Below are positions 48,989-57,284 of a DNA stretch of 64,000 nucleotides, one piece after another. The stretch lies in IMG/VR virus record IMGVR_UViG_3300031134_000007, positions 32,001 through 96,000 of that record. One strand, given 5' to 3'. Origin of the DNA: a virus. The notes beneath the pieces were generated by a model. The model ran no database searches, was not told the origin of the DNA, and worked only from the letters and a program-made list of their open reading frames with translations. How positions within the stretch are numbered: position 1 is the stretch's first letter; each line of letters opens with the position of its first letter. A program made the translations under genes and the position numbers.

Positions 48989-50314
48989 ATGAAAACGATA
49001 CTCGGGTTTGCGGTATGCAATGCCTTGATCAACAACAGCCCGCAGATTACAAATGCAATCGGCGAGTTATCAGCAATCTCCTTGACGTCTTCCCGAAACA
49101 TCGGAACCTACACTAACGATAGTCAACCCGGTACGGTATTTCAGGCGTTCACCGCTGAGAACGATAACGGTGCCGACTTTGTTTTAACCGATGTCTATAA
49201 GTCGCCTATTCTCCAGTTACAATACTGGCTGATGACGCGGATTATTGACGGGCGGATCACTAACGATAAGACCATTACACTGCAACAGATCACCAGCGAG
49301 TTTGGCAACGCCTGGTCGAACCTGGCGATTGGTGCGATGGTGACCGACGGTCAGCACTGGGCACCAGAGTGGGTCTCTGGTAGCATCGTTGGCAGTAACG
49401 CTGATGACAACACCGTGAAGATCTGGTTTGCTGACGCAGCCTTCCAGTTAAGCTACCCACGGTTTGAATTAGATGTGTTGAACTGTGTGCCTAACGACCA
49501 GTTAGACATCCTGCACGAAGATTACGTTCAACAGAAGACAGCGATTGATGCCGTCACGAAAGGGGATGTGTCGCAGGCGCTGGATGAGATGATCGGTGTG
49601 CATCCACAGACCTTCATTCAGACCTATTCATTCAAAGTGTACGATAAAGCCAATACCGCCAAATTCCAGATTGCCTACTGGCAAGTTGTGGGTTGGGGTA
49701 AGAACGGACGTAACGATGATGCGGCTTATGAAGCCATCAAAGCGTCTATCCTGGCGAACTCGAAATACGATGAAGAAGAGTGGGGGTTAGTGATCCCGGA
49801 TCTCTTCAACCCGATCGAGTACGTGATCGCACCGAACTGGATGTCCTATAGCATTCCGAACAAAACGGTGCAGGCGGGTACCTACGATCCGGTTGTTGAT
49901 TTTGAAACCATGCTGGAACTGCCACTGAAAGTCATGAAGTGGTACCCAGAAGATCACGTCCGCAAATCACTGCAGGTGTTCCCAAGTTTGACCAAATCGC
50001 TTTCATTGAACGCGGTGGCCAAACCAACAAACCGCTCGGGTCAGTTCAAGTTGAAAGAACTGTATCCGGACTATGCATTGATTCCTTCTGACAACGTCAC
50101 CTTTGACAGCATCTCTCGCGGGACACAGGCGTTCATCTATGCCCTGCAAGAACTGATCATTGCTACCGAAACCATGCAGGAGTTCTCTGAACTGCCAGCA
50201 GGGGTAAACCGTGTGGTGCGTGACGGTGTTATCTGCGGAACCAAAACGGTGGACGGGATCAAACTGTTGATGGTGGCGAAGCCGTATACAGAATCTCTGT
50301 ACGCGACTGCTTAA
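48989..50314 (+). CDS. virion structural protein (phiKZ gp157-like)
   Basis: 441 aa; synteny after RNase H. Confidence 0.6.
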   Translation: MKTILGFAVCNALINNSPQITNAIGELSAISLTSSRNIGTYTNDSQPGTVFQAFTAENDNGADFVLTDVYKSPILQLQYWLMTRIIDGRITNDKTITLQQITSEFGNAWSNLAIGAMVTDGQHWAPEWVSGSIVGSNADDNTVKIWFADAAFQLSYPRFELDVLNCVPNDQLDILHEDYVQQKTAIDAVTKGDVSQALDEMIGVHPQTFIQTYSFKVYDKANTAKFQIAYWQVVGWGKNGRNDDAAYEAIKASILANSKYDEEEWGLVIPDLFNPIEYVIAPNWMSYSIPNKTVQAGTYDPVVDFETMLELPLKVMKWYPEDHVRKSLQVFPSLTKSLSLNAVAKPTNRSGQFKLKELYPDYALIPSDNVTFDSISRGTQAFIYALQELIIATETMQEFSELPAGVNRVVRDGVICGTKTVDGIKLLMVAKPYTESLYATA

Positions 50315-50324
50315 GAGGTAAGTC

Positions 50325-50939
50325 ATGGCTAACATCACCCCACCGCCGCGCCTACGGGGCATTTGGCAGCTGAACGCCCCGTTTGCTGTAGTGCCCGATA
50401 CCATCTACATGGCTGAAGCGGTACGTACCATTGATGAGATGCTCGGCCTTAACGTCAATATCCTGGAGCGTGTTTACACACCGGTAGGGTTGACCAAGGT
50501 TGAGTACGAGTCAGACGTACTGAACAACGCCATGATCATCACGTTGACAGCACCCGGACAGAAGACCGTCTACGTACCCAGCACCTATATCGCTTCAATG
50601 CCGGATGACACGGCCATTGCGTATGACTACGTGGTGTTGTCAATCCCGTTAGGTGCGGTACCGTCCTCGTTGGTGAACTCACTGCAGCAAACCATGGATG
50701 AGGTTAAAAGCACAGTGTCTGATCTCATTGGTATTGAACCTACAGTGTCGATTAACGTCGCACCTTCAGTAGGGACGGTCACTGCAGAGCAGCATCGTGT
50801 GAATGAGCAGAACCGTCTCAATGCGATTAAACGTCGCACAACGGAGCATGCACAACTGATTGCGTCGGAAGCAGAGAATGAACGTCTCCGGACAATCATC
50901 GCTGACTACGAGCAACGCCTCACCGCCAATAAAGCATAA
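50325..50939 (+). CDS. putative virion structural protein
   Basis: 204 aa, GAGG RBS, same operon as 48989..50314. Confidence 0.6.
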   Translation: MANITPPPRLRGIWQLNAPFAVVPDTIYMAEAVRTIDEMLGLNVNILERVYTPVGLTKVEYESDVLNNAMIITLTAPGQKTVYVPSTYIASMPDDTAIAYDYVVLSIPLGAVPSSLVNSLQQTMDEVKSTVSDLIGIEPTVSINVAPSVGTVTAEQHRVNEQNRLNAIKRRTTEHAQLIASEAENERLRTIIADYEQRLTANKA

Positions 50940-50973
50940 CCTCGGGCAGGGCTACGGCTCTGCCTTTATGCCG
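50932..50973. terminator. bidirectional hairpin, GCATAA/TTATGC family
   Basis: gcataacctcgggcagggc-tacg-gctctgcctttatgccg. Confidence 0.7.
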
Positions 50974-50974
50974 G

Positions 50975-51439
50975 TCAAAACAGTGTGTTGGTCGAATGAA
51001 ACTTCAGATAGAGCGGTTGCGCCAATCCCTCTGTGGTCACAATCAACTCTAAGCGGTTGTTAGTTGTGATGCTAACACACGCCTTCTGATTCGGTCTGCT
51101 GTTCAACTCATGCGCAATCACCAACACCATTTCGAACTGGTTACGCACTTCTTGCTGACACAACACCACGATCCAATTAGCGATGGTGTCGATCAAGACG
51201 CTGTGAGTCTCTTCCACTTCTAACTCGTTTGGCATAAACAGGCGAGAGTGTAACTCGGCTACCACCACCATACAAAGGGTAGGGCTTACCATCTCATTGT
51301 GACCCCGTATAAAGCTCGCCAACGAACGTACACGTCGTTCCATCATTCGGGCCAACCAGGTATCGAACATTAGCCGTGTAATAGACAACAGCACGAACAA
51401 GCAAATGACAGTTCCAATCACCACTAATAAGTCGTGCAT
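50975..51439 (-). CDS. membrane-anchored hypothetical protein
   Basis: N-terminal TM LLVVIGTVICLFVLLSI. Confidence 0.6.
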   Translation of the reverse strand: MHDLLVVIGTVICLFVLLSITRLMFDTWLARMMERRVRSLASFIRGHNEMVSPTLCMVVVAELHSRLFMPNELEVEETHSVLIDTIANWIVVLCQQEVRNQFEMVLVIAHELNSRPNQKACVSITTNNRLELIVTTEGLAQPLYLKFHSTNTLF

Positions 51440-51496
51440 AATAACCCCCTGTTAAACAAAAAAAGAAGGGTAGCGATGCTCCCTTCTCTTATCACA

Positions 51497-51973
51497 TCAT
51501 TTATCTGAACGCGTCAGACAATAGGTTACGGCCGCCGCAGTGATTGCACCGATAGCCAAGCCAGCAATCAGGTATTTGCGTTTACCTTTAGGCTTAGGCG
51601 TTGGGATCTCGGTGTGCTCTTGCGGATCAGGGTTGTGACGCCCATCGAGCCATTCACCAGCGATCAGTGAAAGATCGATCGCGACTTGTTGACCCGTGAT
51701 GTATGCACTGGCATCCTGCATATCCTGCGAGGTCGCACCCATCTGTTTGAGAATCGCATACGGGAACTCTTCCGCCAGCAGGTTCTCAGTGAGGTGGGTG
51801 ATCATCTCGATACGAATTTGTTGATGCAGGGTTTCTTTCTCTTCATCAGAGAGTCCATTGAAGTCGACGTTCTCAACGATCCAGTCTTCAGCATCCTTGC
51901 CGTATGCAAACCAGTTCAGCAGCAATGTGCGGGAAGTTCCCGCGATGACTTCTTCCAGCGTTTTGTATTTCAT
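51497..51973 (-). CDS. tail-anchored membrane protein
   Basis: C-terminal KRK then LIAGLAIGAITAAAVTYCL. Confidence 0.7.
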   Translation of the reverse strand: MKYKTLEEVIAGTSRTLLLNWFAYGKDAEDWIVENVDFNGLSDEEKETLHQQIRIEMITHLTENLLAEEFPYAILKQMGATSQDMQDASAYITGQQVAIDLSLIAGEWLDGRHNPDPQEHTEIPTPKPKGKRKYLIAGLAIGAITAAAVTYCLTRSDK

Positions 51974-52176
51974 TCTTCGTCCACCAATCGTGCTAATTTC
52001 TTCAGGATGGTTAATGCGGACGCCATGACGATGCCTGCACCCAATGCTTTTACGCCACGGTTCTCACTGCCGGCCAGTACTGCGCCCATGGTGATTGAAA
52101 CCAGTGGAATACCCCAACGTTCAGGGCGGTTCACGTATTCAACTTGTTCACACTGCTTATTCTGTGTTTTGCTCAT
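51970..52176 (-). CDS. small hydrophobic-hairpin membrane protein
   Basis: Two Gly-rich hydrophobic helices; ATGA overlap with the next gene. Confidence 0.6.
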   Translation of the reverse strand: MSKTQNKQCEQVEYVNRPERWGIPLVSITMGAVLAGSENRGVKALGAGIVMASALTILKKLARLVDEE

Positions 52177-52525
52177 CGTCTTTACCTTTACTCAGGAGCT
52201 TCACCATCAGTAGCCCAGCGGCCACTATGACGAAGCCAGTGCCCATGCCCACGCCCGCTGCTTCCAGCTTTTCTTGTGGACGACCAAAGTTCTCGCGTTG
52301 CATCTCTTCCTTAACGGTCTGGTCCTCCACAGCAGTCAGGCCTGCAGTGACCAGCTCCATTGAGCAGAGTAATGCCGCAGCGAGTGCGATCTTTTCAGCC
52401 GGGAGTTTCTTTAGTAGCAACCCGGCCGATACAGCACCCACAAAACCTGCCCCACGGGACAGGCGAGTGAGCAGTACAGTTTTACGTGCCGTGAGTGGGA
52501 TACTCACTTCGTCGATTTGACTCAT
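52157..52525 (-). CDS. Gly-zipper membrane protein
   Basis: Start MSQIDE at 52525 with AAGGA RBS; GAGFVGAVSAG and AAGVGMGTG motifs. Confidence 0.65.
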   Translation of the reverse strand: MSQIDEVSIPLTARKTVLLTRLSRGAGFVGAVSAGLLLKKLPAEKIALAAALLCSMELVTAGLTAVEDQTVKEEMQRENFGRPQEKLEAAGVGMGTGFVIVAAGLLMVKLLSKGKDDEQNTE

Positions 52526-52535
52526 GGCGAGATCC

Positions 52536-53249
52536 TTATTCAGCCGCGTTGTCGATGACGTCTTTGGCTTTACGTACAAGGAAACGACCAATGATCGCGC
52601 CACACACAACAGACCCTACCATGCTCGGGACGACTTCGTCGAACAGGTTGAACGTAGATGCAGCTTCCACTTCATCGGCATCACCGTGTTTGGCAATCAG
52701 ATCTGCTTTGTCTTTGCTGAGGCGAGAGATTGCGTTGTAGGCAATCAGACCACCGAAGATACCCGCAGTGACATCAGCAGCTTTCTTGCTACGGCCAAAC
52801 TTACGACCGGTTGCTGAAATGGTGGCTGCAGTAACAACCGCCATGCCGACGTTTTCGATGATCTGTTTGGTGCGGATGCCTTTACGAGCTTTAGCCACGT
52901 CACGGATAGACACGGTTTCGATTTGCTCTTCAGCCGCCGCCTGCACTTGCACCGCACCTTCTTGCAGTGCCGCTTCAACGCCTTTTGCCAGGTTGCTCAT
53001 TTCAACTTTCAGGTCGTTAGGGATTGCAGTGGTGTTGTTAGCGATAGTGTTAGTGTTCATGGTTACTTCCTCACAGGTAATGGTTTCAGATTGGGTTTCG
53101 ATAGTTACGTCGATGTGTGCCTCATCGGCACGGGCAAAATGCATTTCAGCCAGAGACGGTTGTGAGCGAATGTTCACGATGTTGTCAGTCTGGGTATGGC
53201 GTGCTTTCTTAAAATCACGGACTGAGTTGATCATTGCGGAATTGCTCAT
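52536..53249 (-). CDS. membrane protein with two candidate starts (53249 and 53060)
   Basis: Both ATGs have a GAGGA RBS; three hydrophobic Gly/Ala helices. Confidence 0.7.
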   Translation of the reverse strand: MSNSAMINSVRDFKKARHTQTDNIVNIRSQPSLAEMHFARADEAHIDVTIETQSETITCEEVTMNTNTIANNTTAIPNDLKVEMSNLAKGVEAALQEGAVQVQAAAEEQIETVSIRDVAKARKGIRTKQIIENVGMAVVTAATISATGRKFGRSKKAADVTAGIFGGLIAYNAISRLSKDKADLIAKHGDADEVEAASTFNLFDEVVPSMVGSVVCGAIIGRFLVRKAKDVIDNAAE

Positions 53250-53289
53250 AATACGTTCCTCGAAAAGAGTAGGCACAGGTTACATCTTA

Positions 53290-53297
53290 GTAATGTA
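53290..53297 (-). promoter_or_regulatory. early promoter variant TACATTAC
   Basis: One mismatch to TATATTAC, same plus-strand TAGG flank, upstream of an operon. Confidence 0.55.
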
Positions 53298-53346
53298 GGG
53301 GTAACATCCTGTGCGTTGTAAATTAGGGCGGCATAAAGCGAGGGTG

Positions 53347-53820
53347 TTACCCCTCGCTGTTGTGACTTTTGACATGCCAGTTTAAACGTGACAAGAGAGC
53401 AGGTGAAAGAACATCGGTGACACGTGCTAAGTGCACATAGCTCACTTTGTATTCCTTGACCTGTGTTTCGTCGTCACGGATTAGTGTGATAATGAACAAG
53501 GCATCGTCGCCCTGATCAGTAATCACACCAGACAGCCGATAACCGTCAGTGGTTTGGACATTGCTGAACTCTTTGAAGATCTCGGTATACAACTCAACGA
53601 ACGCATGAGTGCCGTAAAGGGTCAAGTGTCGATGTGCTGTACGCTCCGCAATCTCGTACATTTGTTCAGTTTGAAACGCCCGGTCCAACAACTCAGGAGT
53701 GGTCAGAACAACCCACCGCTTTTGATTGGTACCTGCTGGTTTCCGTATCATTGCACGAATCAGCAGAATGAAGAAGGTGATGATCGCCATGATAGCGACC
53801 CACTTAACTAAATCAAACAT
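53347..53820 (-). CDS. N-terminally anchored membrane protein
   Basis: Start MFDLVKWVAIMAIITFFILLI with GAGGG RBS (track start overlaps the upstream gene). Confidence 0.65.
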   Translation of the reverse strand: MFDLVKWVAIMAIITFFILLIRAMIRKPAGTNQKRWVVLTTPELLDRAFQTEQMYEIAERTAHRHLTLYGTHAFVELYTEIFKEFSNVQTTDGYRLSGVITDQGDDALFIITLIRDDETQVKEYKVSYVHLARVTDVLSPALLSRLNWHVKSHNSEG

Positions 53821-53830
53821 GTTATTTCCC

Positions 53831-54274
53831 TCAGATCGATTCTGCGACGTTTGAACATATGATTTTGAACTCACGTTCAACAATACTGTTGGTGCCAGTA
53901 ATGCCAGCACCGCCAAACAGACGCTCCAGACCTTTGTCTGACACATATTTGCGATACGCTTTCCACGCATTCGCTACGCCTTCTTTGGTGATCGCAGCGC
54001 CAGTAAACAGTTTACGGACGTTAGCTTTCAGCCAGGCATAGATATTAGCCAGACGGTCTTTCTCATCAACCAGGCTATAGCTCATTGCTACAGCGCGTTT
54101 GATATCAGATACATCAACATCGATGCCGATCAGTTTAGGGTTACGGAACTGGTAACGACGTTCAGCCAGACGAGCCACGCCATTCACGCCCAGTTCGTTG
54201 ATGTTTTCACGTACCATCGCAACGAATTCGTCAGACATTACGAAGGTCAGTTTTGCAGTGTTAATAGTGTTCAT
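53831..54274 (-). CDS. hypothetical early protein
   Basis: Start MNTINTAK with GAGG RBS; strong codon bias. Confidence 0.7.
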   Translation of the reverse strand: MNTINTAKLTFVMSDEFVAMVRENINELGVNGVARLAERRYQFRNPKLIGIDVDVSDIKRAVAMSYSLVDEKDRLANIYAWLKANVRKLFTGAAITKEGVANAWKAYRKYVSDKGLERLFGGAGITGTNSIVEREFKIICSNVAESI

Positions 54275-54342
54275 GGTAATACCTCTTTGCAATTGATTGA
54301 TTATGGTTAGTTTGCTGAGGTTCACATGAACGCTCAGCGATG

Positions 54343-54423
54343 TTAAGGACTATTGCAAACGAACCGGCACACCCTTGTAAGAGTAACCAGGTTAGTTTGG
54401 TTTAACGGACAGGATAATGGCAT
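54343..54423 (-). CDS. 26-aa Cys-containing microprotein MPLSCPLNQTNLVTLTRVCRFVCNSP
   Basis: AGGAGGT RBS overlapping the upstream TAG; translated by hand. Confidence 0.4.
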   Translation of the reverse strand: MPLSCPLNQTNLVTLTRVCRFVCNSP

Positions 54424-54434
54424 AGGACCACCTC

Positions 54435-54566
54435 CTAGAACTGCAGGTATGTGACAGTGGACTTAACATGCCCACGGCCGGCTTTCTTATTGATGTAGTT
54501 GAGAGCAGCAGTGGCTGCAAGCGAAACAACTACGGAGACAACAACTTTGGTAATGATCGATTTCAT
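54435..54566 (-). CDS. 43-aa signal-anchor microprotein MKSIITKVVVSVVVSLAATAALNYINKKAGRGHVKSTVTYLQF
   Basis: Preceded by CCTTAACCTGT plus GGAG; not in ORF track. Confidence 0.65.
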   Translation of the reverse strand: MKSIITKVVVSVVVSLAATAALNYINKKAGRGHVKSTVTYLQF

Positions 54567-54602
54567 GATAATGCTCCAACAGGTTAAGGCGAAACAAACT
54601 AC

Positions 54603-54836
54603 TTACTGCGTCAGATTCTCAATGCGTGGGTCAGTGGCAGCAACTGAGCGAACTGATTTGACACGGACCACAGGCTGCGGGGCAAGGATAACGATCTTCA
54701 GTTTCTCGTCGCCCTGGTCGATCTTGGTTTGATGACGCTTGTTACGGATCTTCTGAATCTGGACCTCGTAATAGACACCCGCCGCAATCATGGCAGTGCA
54801 AGCAGCAACGTAGGCAACTTTAGCTAATGTGTTCAT
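54603..54836 (-). CDS. small signal-anchor membrane protein
   Basis: MNTLAKVAYVAACTAMIAAGVYY followed by a basic tail. Confidence 0.7.
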   Translation of the reverse strand: MNTLAKVAYVAACTAMIAAGVYYEVQIQKIRNKRHQTKIDQGDEKLKIVILAPQPVVRVKSVRSVAATDPRIENLTQ

Positions 54837-54860
54837 AAGGGACTCTCACAGGTTAAGGGG

Positions 54861-55112
54861 TTATTTAACAACTTCGTACAATGGGGCGATACGGTTAAAA
54901 TCAACAGCTTTACCAATCAGATCCATGCACTCGATGTAGCTAGGACTGTTAGACTGACGAACGATTTTCATAACGGCTTCGTGTTGCTCACTACGAGTCA
55001 ACTTACGCAGCACCACTGGCTCTGGTTTTGGTTTACGTTTGAAAACAGTGGCGATAGCGGTTACAGCGACAGCAGCGACAGCGATGATGGCAACAGCGTT
55101 TACGTTTGACAT
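54861..55112 (-). CDS. small signal-anchor membrane protein
   Basis: AVAIIAVAAVAVTAIATVF-KRKPK. Confidence 0.7.
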   Translation of the reverse strand: MSNVNAVAIIAVAAVAVTAIATVFKRKPKPEPVVLRKLTRSEQHEAVMKIVRQSNSPSYIECMDLIGKAVDFNRIAPLYEVVK

Positions 55113-55138
55113 GATAGTTCCTACAGGTTAAGGGAAGG

Positions 55139-55234
55139 TTAAGCAGTTTCTTTTGAATCACCGTATGGAACATTCCACACAACGACCAGTGCAACAAACA
55201 GAACTAAAGATAAGACAGTCGTTAAATCAAACAT
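55139..55234 (-). CDS. 31-aa single-TM microprotein MFDLTTVLSLVLFVALVVVWNVPYGDSKETA
   Basis: Fills the gap between two 11-mer repeats; not in ORF track. Confidence 0.65.
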   Translation of the reverse strand: MFDLTTVLSLVLFVALVVVWNVPYGDSKETA

Positions 55235-55267
55235 GGAATATTCTCACAGGTTAAGGTTAAAGGGTTA

Positions 55268-55504
55268 TTACAGGGATGCTGCAGCGATATTGTCGATGGA
55301 CTTCTTGGCTTGGGCTTGGACCTCTTCGTTATGAGGGTGGGTCGCCGCCACTTTGTTAATAGCATCGATAGAGGACTCTGCCATGGCATCAGACAGTTCG
55401 TCTATGATGACTTTGGCTTCTTTGTGGTTCTTGACTAACAGCACGATACCGGTTGCGATGGCAGCGATAGATGCAGTAGCGGTAATGATCAGTTTAGTGT
55501 TCAT
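55268..55504 (-). CDS. small signal-anchor membrane protein
   Basis: MNTKLIITATASIAAIATGIVLLV-K; GAGGA RBS. Confidence 0.7.
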   Translation of the reverse strand: MNTKLIITATASIAAIATGIVLLVKNHKEAKVIIDELSDAMAESSIDAINKVAATHPHNEEVQAQAKKSIDNIAAASL

Positions 55505-55562
55505 GGTGAATCCTCATTGATTAGTTAGATGTAAGAGAAGTTTATTGCTCTTATTCACCTTT

Positions 55563-55577
55563 TTAATATAGGTCTGA
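55563..55577 (-). promoter_or_regulatory. early promoter variant (TATATTAA)
   Basis: TAATATAGGTCTGA shared exactly with the site at 55942. Confidence 0.65.
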
Positions 55578-55606
55578 GATTTTCTACAACTCAAAAGAAA
55601 CGGTTT

Positions 55607-55900
55607 TTACCAACCGATTGACACGCCGTCATCCATTTCACTCAATGCATCGTGGAGTAAGCGACCCGTCTTATCAATGTTTAATTCCTTTTTGGAACGT
55701 TCTTCCTTCAGTGCTAAGATTTCCGCATACAACATTTTTACTTTTGGTGCAAATTTCTTGGACTCCTGCAGGTTTGCTGCAAACCACTTCTTTTCCATTT
55801 TGGTATGTTTAGCAGTTAACTTTACCAACTGTGCAGTAATCTCAGTGATACGGGCGCGGTCGGCTTTAATGTCGGCTTGATATTCGATTACAGTTTTCAT
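55607..55900 (-). CDS. basic coiled-coil early protein
   Basis: 97 aa, between two early promoter motifs. Confidence 0.65.
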   Translation of the reverse strand: MKTVIEYQADIKADRARITEITAQLVKLTAKHTKMEKKWFAANLQESKKFAPKVKMLYAEILALKEERSKKELNIDKTGRLLHDALSEMDDGVSIGW

Positions 55901-55941
55901 GTTAGCGTCTCATGTTAAATTGGTTTGGTTTATACACATCG

Positions 55942-55956
55942 CTAATATAGGTCTGA
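55942..55956 (-). promoter_or_regulatory. early promoter variant (TATATTAG)
   Basis: TAATATAGGTCTGA, just downstream (on minus) of a terminator. Confidence 0.65.
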
Positions 55957-55993
55957 AACCATCTGCAGCTCGAAACAAACAAAAATAAAAGAT

Positions 55994-56051
55994 CGGCATA
56001 AAACCTCAACCCTTCCCCGTGAGGAGAAAGGTTGAGGCCTTACTTATGCAG
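55994..56051 (-). terminator. hairpin terminator, GCATAA/TTATGC family
   Basis: cggcataaaacctcaacctt..cccgtgagg..aaggttgagg..ttatgcag. Confidence 0.7.
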
Positions 56052-57273
56052 TACCCAGTACTTCTTTTGACACGGTGGTCTGACCGTTACCGTAGGTGCC
56101 CAGGAAGCGAGCCAGGTAATCAGCCTGCACATGGAACCACATATCCGGTTCAATGCGACCTGCCACCAGAATGATGGCCGCACGGTCTTCACGTGCCAGC
56201 TCGATGGTGACTTTAGCTTTGTCGCCAGCAAACTTGCCTTTCACACCCACGTCACCGGTTTGACCGTCAGCATCTTTCGCTTCAGCGACATCGTCTTCAG
56301 TCAAGACTTTCTGATAAGACGCTTCGAGACCGCCGTTCATCAGGTTGTATTCGAAGTCCACCTTAGCATCGGCCGGTGCAGCCGCTTGTGCGCGTTTGTA
56401 GACTTCTTCGCTGATAGACATCAGGTAATCAGCCAGATCGCCGGAGAAACGCTTGTACGCAGCCTGAGACGGTTTTACCACACGCTTCCAGTCACGGTGT
56501 TCGGCAGCATGACGCGCAACAGCGGAACGCACGTTGTTGCCTGCTGCATCATCAGCCGGATACGTGCTTGCGATATCGATGCTCTGAATATCTTCGTAGT
56601 TCACTTCGCCATCTTTGTTTTCGATGACATCCAGTGGACCACGTTTGTGTGTGACTACCTGCAGCAGGTTTTCGTCTTCGTTGTAGGCCAGCGTAGCACC
56701 CAGGTAAATGCCGTCGTCAGACTCTTTACCGTATTCCGCTTCCAGCATGGCTTTCTTGGCCGTCAGGAAATCAACTGCTTCTTGCACCAGCTTACGACCA
56801 ATGCGGTCGATGTTTTCCAGACGTGCTTCCCAACCTTTCTCGCCAGGCAGCAGAGTGACTTCTGGCAGGTAGTACAGGCCGATGTTCGGGTTGGTACGAC
56901 GCTGATGTGCATCTTTCGCAGCCTGCTGCAGATGGTCGTAGCGCAGGATGAATTTGAACGCCTGCATATCCGGGTTCAGTTGGGTGTGTGCGTCATCCAG
57001 GTAAACCACAGGCTTACCATCTACTACCGGCACAAACCACTCAGTCACAATGATGCGACGACGATCATGCTCAACATCGATGTCTGAACCAAAGGTCCAG
57101 TTAGCACGGTCGGCGACTTCAATGTCGCGATAGAAACGCAGACGCACAGATTGACTGGCGAAGTCGCGAATGGAATCCAGCACCTGATCGATCCAGTCCT
57201 GTTCCCAATGAACCGGAGCATTACGCTGAGCTTCTTTACGCAGTTGTTTCGTGTTGTTTTTCTTACCAGACAT
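56044..57273 (-). CDS. hypothetical protein, probably highly expressed
   Basis: 409 aa, GAGG RBS, strong codon bias with a long antisense shadow ORF. Confidence 0.8.
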   Translation of the reverse strand: MSGKKNNTKQLRKEAQRNAPVHWEQDWIDQVLDSIRDFASQSVRLRFYRDIEVADRANWTFGSDIDVEHDRRRIIVTEWFVPVVDGKPVVYLDDAHTQLNPDMQAFKFILRYDHLQQAAKDAHQRRTNPNIGLYYLPEVTLLPGEKGWEARLENIDRIGRKLVQEAVDFLTAKKAMLEAEYGKESDDGIYLGATLAYNEDENLLQVVTHKRGPLDVIENKDGEVNYEDIQSIDIASTYPADDAAGNNVRSAVARHAAEHRDWKRVVKPSQAAYKRFSGDLADYLMSISEEVYKRAQAAAPADAKVDFEYNLMNGGLEASYQKVLTEDDVAEAKDADGQTGDVGVKGKFAGDKAKVTIELAREDRAAIILVAGRIEPDMWFHVQADYLARFLGTYGNGQTTVSKEVLGTA

Positions 57274-57284
57274 GCGGTGGCCTC

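Larger units (their letters stand above)
54579..55256 (-). repeat. four exact copies of the 11-mer CCTTAACCTGT, each directly 5' of an RBS
   Basis: ACAGGTTAAGG on plus at 54579, 54848, 55123 and 55246, each 10-12 nt before an ATG. Confidence 0.85.

Noticed and set aside
37766-50973. Integron attC interpretation of GCATAAC/GTTATGC arms
   Set aside because: Both full core sites are never in the same hairpin, most elements sit between convergent genes, and no tyrosine recombinase is present
54579-55256. Possible CRISPR-like mini-array
   Set aside because: Repeats are only 11 nt and the 110-265 nt intervals are whole ORFs; no cas genes
56131-57087. 318-aa antisense ORF
   Set aside because: Codon-aligned mirror of 56044..57273; the same artefact
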